Part shown: positions 1-7,427 of the stretch, piece by piece
How positions within the stretch are numbered: position 1 is the stretch's first letter
How the letters are laid out: each line of letters starts with the position of its first letter
From: Fonticula alba ATCC 38817
Taxonomy: Eukaryota > Protista > Nucleariida
Direction: 5' to 3' (one strand)
NCBI GenBank assembly: GCA_000388065.2
Contig: KB932212.1
DNA length: 7,873 nucleotides
Notes under the pieces: model-generated
What the model saw: the letters and a program-made list of their open reading frames with translations, nothing else
What the model was told of the DNA's origin: nothing
Database searches by the model: none
Position numbers and translations under genes: made by a program

Positions 1-158
1 TGCTCCTCCTCGTCCTGGACGAAGTCCGGCAGCTCGCCCTCGAAGTCGATCGGCAGCTTGATCCGGCGCCGGGTCGGGGCCTCCTCGGCGTCGTCGTCCT
101 GGACGAAGTCCGGCAGCTCGCCCTCGAAGTCGATCGGCAGCTTGATCCGGCGCGGGGC
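1..158 (-). CDS. Coding fragment with two copies of the RRIKLPIDFEGELPDFVQD repeat; probably part of the N-terminal extension of the GDPD gene at the right end
   Basis: Minus strand 158->3 reads APRRIKLPIDFEGELPDFVQDDDAEEAPTRRRIKLPIDFEGELPDFVQDEEE, with almost all codons ending in G or C. The same repeat is in frame in the GDPD exon at 7756-7815. Not contiguous with the rest of the gene in this assembly. Confidence 0.7.
11..153. repeat. Two copies of a ~60-nt coding repeat (11-70 and 95-153, period 84 nt); third copy at 7756-7815
   Basis: cgtcctggacgaagtccggcagctcgccctcgaagtcgatcggcagcttgatccggcgc occurs at 11 and 95; the copy at 7756 has one substitution (7778, synonymous GAG/GAA). Confidence 0.95.
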
Positions 159-183
159 CCTGTCTCCTGCTCCCTCCCCTCCT
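154..183 (+). repeat. 30-nt exact duplicate of 3593-3622 (contig overlap)
   Basis: ggggccctgtctcctgctccctcccctcct at both 154-183 and 3593-3622; the second copy ends exactly at the start of an N gap. Confidence 0.95.
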
Positions 184-320
184 TTTGCACCAGGGCCGTG
201 CACCCGTGCCACCCCCGACCTCCACCTCACCTGCGCCTGGTTTGCTAATGCCCCCTCCCTCGCGGCACACCCGCCGACACTCACACCCGCTCCTCGCACA
301 GAGAGAACACAACCACCACC

Positions 321-777
321 ATGTTCGTCCCCACCACTGCCTCCTCGCCTGCTGCTCGCCCCGCAGATACACACACGCACGCACACCCCTGCATGCCTGG
401 CACTCACCTATTCCTGTGCACCCCCTCCTCCCCCCCCCCCCCCCCCGGACAGGTATTCCGAGAATTCTGACTGGACCACCGAGATCGACGATCAGTCGTC
501 TGCCCCCACCGGTTCGTGACACACTCACACACACACACACATCCCCGTCTGTTGCCCTCATCAAACGCTCACACCTCTCTCTCTCTCCCCCCCTCCCCTT
601 CGCCCCCCCCCCCAATACACACACACAGAGGAGATCATCTCCGTCGAGGGCCCTGATGAGAACGGCCGCAAGGTGGTCGTCCTGCAGACCGTCAACGAGA
701 AGAACCAGCCCATTCGCGTCGAGCGCGTGAGCATGGTCCGCCAGATGTCCGTCCCCCCGGCCGTCGAGACCCGCAAG
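321..777 (+). CDS. EIF3G: eIF3 subunit g, 5' part (exons 321-322, 453-511, 629-777; introns 323-452 and 512-628)
   Basis: Spliced reading: MYSENSDWTTEIDDQSSAPTEEIISVEGPDENGRKVVVLQTVNEKNQPIRVERVSMVRQMSVPPAVETRK. Resembles the eIF3g N-terminus (acidic W-x-x-E start, GPDxNGxKxV). GT-AG boundaries keep frame, and the phase-0 donor AAG|GTACGC at 777/778 joins to KWRKFG at 4410. Exon 1 (AT) is inferred from the accaccacc context and a GTTCGT donor identical to that of intron 2. Confidence 0.85.
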
Positions 778-860
778 GTACGCACGCCCTTTTGCGCATG
801 CGCACACACGTGCACAACACCGCCCGGCGCACGCATGCTCACCCGCCCTCGCACTCCCCC

Positions 861-1396
861 NNNNNNNNNNNNNNNNNNNNNNNNNNNNNNNNNNNNNNNN
901 NNNNNNNNNNNNNNNNNNNNNNNNNNNNNNNNNNNNNNNNNNNNNNNNNNNNNNNNNNNNNNNNNNNNNNNNNNNNNNNNNNNNNNNNNNNNNNNNNNNN
1001 NNNNNNNNNNNNNNNNNNNNNNNNNNNNNNNNNNNNNNNNNNNNNNNNNNNNNNNNNNNNNNNNNNNNNNNNNNNNNNNNNNNNNNNNNNNNNNNNNNNN
1101 NNNNNNNNNNNNNNNNNNNNNNNNNNNNNNNNNNNNNNNNNNNNNNNNNNNNNNNNNNNNNNNNNNNNNNNNNNNNNNNNNNNNNNNNNNNNNNNNNNNN
1201 NNNNNNNNNNNNNNNNNNNNNNNNNNNNNNNNNNNNNNNNNNNNNNNNNNNNNNNNNNNNNNNNNNNNNNNNNNNNNNNNNNNNNNNNNNNNNNNNNNNN
1301 NNNNNNNNNNNNNNNNNNNNNNNNNNNNNNNNNNNNNNNNNNNNNNNNNNNNNNNNNNNNNNNNNNNNNNNNNNNNNNNNNNNNNNNNNNNNNNNG
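861..1396. other. Assembly gap (536 N)
   Basis: Run of N. Confidence 1.
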
Positions 1397-1512
1397 GGGC
1401 ACGGGGAGTGCACAACAAAGGCAGGCCGTCAGATGGGAGAAAGGGCATGGTGGAGGGGCTCCCTGAGAAGGAGTTGACGGTCGGTCGGGGGGGTGTGCAT
1501 GCGTGTGTGCGC

Positions 1513-1551
1513 AGACAGGTCGACACACAGACAGGTCGACACACGGACAGG
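1513..1551. repeat. 16-nt tandem repeat (agacaggtcgacacac x2 plus a partial copy)
   Basis: Units at 1513-1528 and 1529-1544, then ggacagg. Confidence 0.85.
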
Positions 1552-1625
1552 AAGACAGCTGGAAAAGAAAAACAAATAAGGCAACACACAAACAACCAAA
1601 CAACCAAAGTGAAGGAAAGACACAC

Positions 1626-1846
1626 CGCCTCCAGAAGGCCCGGACTGGCCTCATTCAGCTCCTCCAGCGGCGATCGGCTGGCCGAGAGGACGCCCAGCTC
1701 CGGGGCTACCTGCAGCAGGGCCGCCAGATCGTCGAAAGGGCGGCTCCGATCCCCGAGGATCTGCTGCTGCATGCGCCCGGCCGAGTGCCGAGGGCTCTTT
1801 CGCAGCTGGGAGTAACGCGCCCCGGCCCGACGCGGCGGATGTGCGA
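1626..1846 (-). CDS. Putative internal exon of an unidentified multi-exon gene
   Basis: Minus strand: tgtcag| ...AHPPRRAGARYSQLRKSPRHSAGRMQQQILGDRSRPFDDLAALLQVAPELGVLSASRSPLEELNEASPGLLEA |gtgtgt. About 80% of codons end in G or C (14 of 74 end in A/T by hand count). Both flanks are pyrimidine-rich on the minus strand, like the introns of the two known genes. No recognisable domain, and the in-register plus frame is also open, so the strand call rests on the flanks. Confidence 0.45.
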
Positions 1847-1985
1847 CTGACATGGCCACAGACAAACGCAACAGGGAGGAGAAGGATGCAAGGAGGGAGG
1901 GGGAAGGGGGACAGCGGGCGAGCGGGCAAACGAGCAGGGGACGGCGGGGAGAAGCAGGATATGGCCAGGTGCCGGGGAGGGGGGG

Positions 1986-2050
1986 ATAGGACAGGACAGG
2001 ACAGGACAGGACAGGACAGGACAGGACAGGACAGGACAGGACAGGACAGG
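1986..2050. repeat. Pentanucleotide microsatellite (ACAGG)12 plus one degenerate unit
   Basis: 1991-2050 is 12 perfect acagg units, preceded by atagg. Confidence 0.97.
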
Positions 2051-2143
2051 CGGCTAGCGGCTGGCGGGTGAGAAGGAGGAGGATCTCTGGTTGCTGCTCC
2101 CGGGGAAACATGGCCGGGACACCGCTCGGGCGGCTGGCCTTTG

Positions 2144-2164
2144 TCTCTCTCTCTCTCTCTCTCT
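2144..2164. repeat. (TC)n microsatellite
   Basis: Direct reading of tctctc... run. Confidence 0.9.
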
Positions 2165-3420
2165 TTCTCCCTCTCCCTCGCGTCCGTGGGTGCGTATGTG
2201 CCGCATCGGGGGGGGGGGCGTGTGAGAGAAAAAAAAACAGCCATCCCTCGGCCTCGGCCTCAGACCTGGGCCGCGGCACGCCGAATCCCCGGCGCTCCCC
2301 GGGGTCTCCGGCGGGATCTCGCCCCGGCGCGCGATCGTCGGGCGCGGGGAGGGATTTAAATATCCCAACTGCCAATCGTATGTGTCACGTTGCTGTCGGG
2401 AACGGCATTCCCTCACCGGCGGCCCTAGGGTCGCCGTTCTGGGGCCGCACCGAGGCCGGGATCTGGTGGTGTTCTGGCGTGAGGGTATGCCCGGGGGGGC
2501 TGGGCGCGTGTGCGTTCGCGCGCCCGGACGCGCATGCGTGTCGGCAAGCGCGCCTTCACCCCCCCCCCCCCTCGGCCTGGGGCTGTTCCTGGACCGAGCG
2601 CCGGGACCAGGAACGGCTCTGCCCTGTCGGGGGGGGGGACCGGGGCCGTGCGCCTGTCTGCCTAACGCGCTGGCCGGGGGCAAGGACGCCAGGAGCCACC
2701 AGCGGGATGCGGCCCACACAAGCTGGAAAACGAGGGCACGGCGCTGGAAAGCTAGATCTCCCGCGCGTGTGTGTGTGTGTGGGTGGGTGGGTGTGTTTGT
2801 GTGACCCTACCCCTGCCGGGTGCTGGGCGAGCGCCCCGGCGCCGTGGACGACAATGTCCTACACGCGCTCGCCCGTGTACCGGCGGCCTCCCCCGCATGC
2901 GAGACAGCGGGAGGAGGGGCAGACGAGCAGAAGGGAGGGTTGGCCGCGGCCCGGCGGCTTTCTGTTTCTATGTTTCTAGTCGGGTGGACCCCTGTTTTTG
3001 TCCGAGGTGTACCACCCCACGCCCGAAGACCACACACGCACACAGCACCCGGAGACATGTCCGGGAGGGGGAGAGGAGCGGGGGGGGGGGGAGCATGCAG
3101 CACCCCAGCACGCGCGTTGCCCGTTCCCCATGGGCGCCGGCCCGGCCCTCGCCAAGCGACTAGGCTACGTCTGGTGCCCTCCGCGCCGGCGCGCGCCAAG
3201 GGCCGAGAGCCTCCCGAGGCAGGCGACACCGATGGAGGCCTTTTGGGCCGCCCCGCCGCCGGCTCGCAGCCCGGGCGATCGGGCCTCCTTCCTCTCACAC
3301 GCCCGACCCCCCGACCGTCCCGCTTCTGGGTACATCCCTCCGCCCTTCTCCAGCCTCTGCTCCCCGCCCGCTCTCGCCCCCGCTGCTGCTCCCCGCCCCT
3401 GCCTCTTGCCCCTCGCACGC

Positions 3421-3450
3421 CTCCGCCCGCCTCCGCCCGCCTCCGCCCGC
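3421..3450. repeat. 10-nt tandem repeat (ctccgcccgc)x3, each containing a CCGCCC GC-box
   Basis: Three perfect units. It would lie upstream of eIF3g if contig 154-860 fills the 751-N gap; any promoter role is inference only. Confidence 0.85.
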
Positions 3451-3622
3451 CCCCTGCCCCTAGGCCCACGTCGGCCGACCCTTCCGCGGGGCCTCCCTCT
3501 CGCCCTGGGTCCGCCCTCCGGCGTGGTGTGCGCGCGCGCCCACGCATGGCACGGCACCCGGCGCGGCCGGATGCCTGGATCGCTCGGCGGGGGGGGCCCT
3601 GTCTCCTGCTCCCTCCCCTCCT

Positions 3623-4373
3623 NNNNNNNNNNNNNNNNNNNNNNNNNNNNNNNNNNNNNNNNNNNNNNNNNNNNNNNNNNNNNNNNNNNNNNNNNNNNNN
3701 NNNNNNNNNNNNNNNNNNNNNNNNNNNNNNNNNNNNNNNNNNNNNNNNNNNNNNNNNNNNNNNNNNNNNNNNNNNNNNNNNNNNNNNNNNNNNNNNNNNN
3801 NNNNNNNNNNNNNNNNNNNNNNNNNNNNNNNNNNNNNNNNNNNNNNNNNNNNNNNNNNNNNNNNNNNNNNNNNNNNNNNNNNNNNNNNNNNNNNNNNNNN
3901 NNNNNNNNNNNNNNNNNNNNNNNNNNNNNNNNNNNNNNNNNNNNNNNNNNNNNNNNNNNNNNNNNNNNNNNNNNNNNNNNNNNNNNNNNNNNNNNNNNNN
4001 NNNNNNNNNNNNNNNNNNNNNNNNNNNNNNNNNNNNNNNNNNNNNNNNNNNNNNNNNNNNNNNNNNNNNNNNNNNNNNNNNNNNNNNNNNNNNNNNNNNN
4101 NNNNNNNNNNNNNNNNNNNNNNNNNNNNNNNNNNNNNNNNNNNNNNNNNNNNNNNNNNNNNNNNNNNNNNNNNNNNNNNNNNNNNNNNNNNNNNNNNNNN
4201 NNNNNNNNNNNNNNNNNNNNNNNNNNNNNNNNNNNNNNNNNNNNNNNNNNNNNNNNNNNNNNNNNNNNNNNNNNNNNNNNNNNNNNNNNNNNNNNNNNNN
4301 NNNNNNNNNNNNNNNNNNNNNNNNNNNNNNNNNNNNNNNNNNNNNNNNNNNNNNNNNNNNNNNNNNNNNNNNN
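3623..4373. other. Assembly gap (751 N), probably filled by 184-860
   Basis: Left edge matches 154-183. Position 860 ends in a C run and 4374 begins with one. 184-860 is 677 nt, close to the gap size. Confidence 0.9.
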
Positions 4374-4409
4374 CCCCCCCCGGCCCCCCGGCCCTGTGGC
4401 GACACACAG

Positions 4410-5054
4410 AAGTGGCGCAAGTTCGGCCGCGCCGCCAACCACCCCCCCGGCCCGCAGTTCTCCACCACCGGCCTCGGCGAGCCGATCACCTTCCGCATGC
4501 AGCTGTCCACCCGTGTCGAGGAGGAGAACGACGCCTCCCGGTCGATGGTCGACTCGCTGCGCACCAACGACGGTGTCTCCTGCCGTATTTGCCGCGGGTC
4601 TCACTTCACCGCCGTGTGCCCCCACCGCGACAACCTCGGTGTCATCAACCAGACCATCTCCCTGGACCCGACCCAGATGGAGGACGTCGGCAAGACCCCG
4701 GCCGGTCGGTATGTCCCGCCCATCATGCGCGGTCGCATGGGCGCCGGCAGCAACGAGCCCCCTGCCTACACCATTCGTGTGTCCAACCTCAGCGAGTTCA
4801 TGTACGAGGATGCCCTGCGCACCCTCTTCGCCAAGTGCGGCATCATCACCCGCATCTTCCTGGCCACCGATCGCCCGGTCGACCGCCAGGGCAACATCAT
4901 CCGCAACAGCCGCGAGCCGCCTCGCTGCAAGGGCTACGCCTTCGTTTCTTACCTCAACAAGGCCGACGCCGAGCGCGCCATCCAGGAGTACAACAAGTAC
5001 GGTCTGGACAACCTCATCATGGAGGTCGACTGGGCTCGCTCCAAGGACGAGTAA
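4410..5054 (+). CDS. EIF3G: eIF3 subunit g, terminal exon (zinc knuckle plus C-terminal RRM)
   Basis: Acceptor cacacag|4410. KWRKFG motif; CRICRGSHFTAVCP zinc knuckle (C-x2-C-x3-H-x4-C); YVPP motif; RNP2 TIRVSNL; RNP1 KGYAFVSY; ends VDWARSKDE then TAA. Confidence 0.96.
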   Translation, partial: KWRKFGRAANHPPGPQFSTTGLGEPITFRMQLSTRVEEENDASRSMVDSLRTNDGVSCRICRGSHFTAVCPHRDNLGVINQTISLDPTQMEDVGKTPAGRYVPPIMRGRMGAGSNEPPAYTIRVSNLSEFMYEDALRTLFAKCGIITRIFLATDRPVDRQGNIIRNSREPPRCKGYAFVSYLNKADAERAIQEYNKYGLDNLIMEVDWARSKDE

Positions 5055-5100
5055 GGACCCGGCGGCTGATGCTCCCCCCCCCCCCCCCCCCCCCCCCCCC

Positions 5101-5485
5101 NNNNNNNNNNNNNNNNNNNNNNNNNNNNNNNNNNNNNNNNNNNNNNNNNNNNNNNNNNNNNNNNNNNNNNNNNNNNNNNNNNNNNNNNNNNNNNNNNNNN
5201 NNNNNNNNNNNNNNNNNNNNNNNNNNNNNNNNNNNNNNNNNNNNNNNNNNNNNNNNNNNNNNNNNNNNNNNNNNNNNNNNNNNNNNNNNNNNNNNNNNNN
5301 NNNNNNNNNNNNNNNNNNNNNNNNNNNNNNNNNNNNNNNNNNNNNNNNNNNNNNNNNNNNNNNNNNNNNNNNNNNNNNNNNNNNNNNNNNNNNNNNNNNN
5401 NNNNNNNNNNNNNNNNNNNNNNNNNNNNNNNNNNNNNNNNNNNNNNNNNNNNNNNNNNNNNNNNNNNNNNNNNNNNNNNNNNNNN
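5101..5485. other. Assembly gap (385 N), preceded by a long poly-C run
   Basis: Run of N. Confidence 1.
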
Positions 5486-6244
5486 TCCAGCAACCTGCCC
5501 TCGGCCGCCCCCCCCCCCCCCCCCCGGTGCCTCGCCCCGCGGCATTCCCGCCCACTCCTCCCAGCGATGGTGCCAGCCTGTCCACATGGGCACCCCATCA
5601 GTATGTCCACGCGGGCATCCAGTGAATCGCATTCGTCCCCGCACTGCCCTCCCATTGCCAATGCAATGTTTGCCTAGGTGCCACCGGTGGCCGGGCCTGC
5701 CGCCGCCCAACACCGCCCGCGAGAGAGGGGGGTCGCGACAATTTGCCCCTTTTTTTCGCCCCCCCCCCTCCCGCCTGCCCTCTCCTTGCCCTTCTTCGTG
5801 CGTGTGTGCATACACACACGCACCTTCTCGGGGCATCTTAGTCCTCTCTTGCGCCACCCTCCAGCCCCCCCCTCTCCCCTCCCTTCCGAGCGGGGGGCGG
5901 TTCTCCTCCTGTTCTTGTGTTCCCCCAATAAAGAATGTCCAAAAAAAAGAGAGGAAGCAAAAGGGGCGAGCCATCGCCCGGGGTGATTCCGCATCGGTGT
6001 GTGGGTGTGTGCGCGCGCACGCGGACGGGATGTGTGTATATTCACCCGCCACCGGCAGAAGCCGAGGAGCGGAGTGCGCGGAGGGATGCGGCGATCAAGA
6101 GGGAAAGGCCAGGGGAGGGGGGGGGAGGGTGTCACGAGACGCCCCCACGCCCCGCCAGCCCCAGCCTTTCCCCCGCGGGCATGTGCACGGAAATACACAG
6201 AGACAGGGGAGCGGGGAGACAAACCCCCGAGAAGGGGGGGTGCT

Positions 6245-6673
6245 TTACTTCTTGTAGCCCAGACGGCGGAAGAGACGAGCCGCCTCAGCCACCTTGTCGG
6301 TGATGATGCCGTCGGCGCCGTCCTTCAGGAGCTTCTCCATGGTGGCCGTGTCGTTGATGGTCCAGAAGGCCACCTTGTTCTTGCACTGGTGCGAGAGTTT
6401 GATGTAGGCCGGCCAGTTCTTGGTCAGATGGGTGGGCAGGTCCTGCCAGTTGGAGGCGCTCACGGCGCGGCAGGCGGCCGCGTTGTCGCCCTTGTGGAAG
6501 GCCGCCGCAAAGGCGGTGGCCTCCTTGGCGGTGGCCAGCGACTGGATCGAGGGGGCGATCTTGCGGAAGGCCTCGGTGTTCCGGTCGATGAAGGACCCGA
6601 CAATCGAACGGTTGGCCACGCCGTGGCTGCGGATCAGGTTGTACAGCTCCTGCGGCACGCGCGAGTCATCGTC
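6245..6673 (-). CDS. Glycerophosphodiester phosphodiesterase (GDPD/UgpQ family), last exon
   Basis: Acceptor aaacag|gac. Reads DDDSRVPQELYNLIRSHGVANRSIVGSF...VAFWTINDTATMEKLLKDGADGIITDKVAE... then TAA. The WTxN and G-x-DGIITD motifs are typical of the GDPD C-terminal TIM-barrel strands. Confidence 0.93.
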   Translation of the reverse strand, partial: DDDSRVPQELYNLIRSHGVANRSIVGSFIDRNTEAFRKIAPSIQSLATAKEATAFAAAFHKGDNAAACRAVSASNWQDLPTHLTKNWPAYIKLSHQCKNKVAFWTINDTATMEKLLKDGADGIITDKVAEAARLFRRLGYKK

Positions 6674-6696
6674 CTGTTTCGGGGGAGGGGGGGGGG

Positions 6697-6948
6697 NNNN
6701 NNNNNNNNNNNNNNNNNNNNNNNNNNNNNNNNNNNNNNNNNNNNNNNNNNNNNNNNNNNNNNNNNNNNNNNNNNNNNNNNNNNNNNNNNNNNNNNNNNNN
6801 NNNNNNNNNNNNNNNNNNNNNNNNNNNNNNNNNNNNNNNNNNNNNNNNNNNNNNNNNNNNNNNNNNNNNNNNNNNNNNNNNNNNNNNNNNNNNNNNNNNN
6901 NNNNNNNNNNNNNNNNNNNNNNNNNNNNNNNNNNNNNNNNNNNNNNNN
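6697..6948. other. Assembly gap (252 N) inside GDPD intron 2 (6674-7011)
   Basis: G runs on both sides. The flanking exons join in phase 0 as NMDMK|DDD with no obviously missing GDPD motif. Confidence 0.9.
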
Positions 6949-7011
6949 GGGGGGGGGCGACGGCCATGAAAGGGTCCCTGCCTGGAACAGGGCGATGAGG
7001 CGGGCGCGCAC

Positions 7012-7126
7012 CTTCATGTCCATGTTGAAGTAGCCCTTCTTGATCTTGCTGAAGACCTGAGCCAGGGAGGGGATCTTGTAGCCCTTGCCACGGAAGGGGT
7101 AGGTCTTGCCGCCGTCACGAGTGAAG
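7012..7126 (-). CDS. Glycerophosphodiester phosphodiesterase, internal exon
   Basis: ctacag|c ttc...: (R)FTRDGGKTYPFRGKGYKIPSLAQVFSKIKKGYFNMDMK, donor |gtgcgc. Phases 2 and 0 match the neighbouring exons. Confidence 0.92.
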
Positions 7127-7230
7127 CTGTAGCATGGAGTAGTGCGGCGCAGCAACGCGTAGCCCGCCACGGGCAGAGGCAGGAGAAGGAGGGAGCAAGA
7201 GAGAGGAAACCAAGAAAGACGACGAAAGAG

Positions 7231-7310
7231 AAGCAAAGAGAAGCAAAGAGAAACAAAGAGAAACAAAGAGAAGCAAAGAGAAGCAAAGAGAAACAAAGAG
7301 AAACAAAGAG
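7231..7310. repeat. 10-nt minisatellite x8 (aagcaaagag / aaacaaagag) in GDPD intron 1 (7127-7427)
   Basis: Unit order A A B B A A B B, i.e. a 40-nt block duplicated. Confidence 0.95.
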
Positions 7311-7427
7311 AATGAGGGGAGGAATGGCAAGGAAAAGAAGTCAGAGAAGAAGAATACACACACACACACACACGCCGCCACACGAAGACCCAGCACAAAG
7401 GCAAGCCCCCACCCCGGAAGAACGCAC

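Noticed and set aside
11-153. Direct repeats with different spacers resembling a CRISPR array
   Set aside because: Units are about 60 nt, in frame, encode a peptide also present in the GDPD exon and vary synonymously; eukaryotic context, no cas genes.
1503-1850. Plus-strand ORF (KARTGLIQLLQRR...)
   Set aside because: In-register mirror of the minus exon. Flanks are purine-rich on plus, unlike sense-strand introns here. Not fully excluded.
1986-2050. Cys-rich CPVLS protein repeat (or RTGQD on plus)
   Set aside because: Simply the translation of the (ACAGG)n microsatellite, most likely intronic.
2351-2376. gggatttaaatatccc hairpin / TATA-like element with a nearby CCAAT
   Set aside because: Only a 5-bp stem, no downstream start can be tied to it, and it may be coding on the minus strand (GIFKSL).
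778-4409. 3.6-kb eIF3g intron containing a nested antisense gene
   Set aside because: Better explained by contig misplacement (30-nt overlap, matching C-run ends, gap size).
4877-4908. Cryptic GT-AG mini-intron explaining the RRM insertion
   Set aside because: 32 nt long, so removal would frameshift RNP1; the segment has exon-like codons.
4410-5050. Antisense ORF over eIF3g (part of 3165..5585)
   Set aside because: Expected shadow of strongly C/G-ending sense codons; no independent start or motif.
561-5677. Very long ORFs in the track (604, 586, 744, 875, 806, 421 aa)
   Set aside because: They run through N gaps and stop-poor GC-rich introns. Only the spliced segments listed have protein-like content.
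5653-5691. Short hairpin (cattgc-caat-gcaatg) and 12-bp palindrome (gccaccggtggc)
   Set aside because: Too short to exceed chance in GC-rich DNA; no ncRNA features around them.
5927-5932. AATAAA as the eIF3g poly(A) signal
   Set aside because: About 870 nt past the stop across a gap, on the wrong strand for GDPD, and with no supporting evidence.
5052-6247. Non-standard genetic code
   Set aside because: Both genes end in TAA at the expected C-termini, and no in-frame stops occur in the confident exons.
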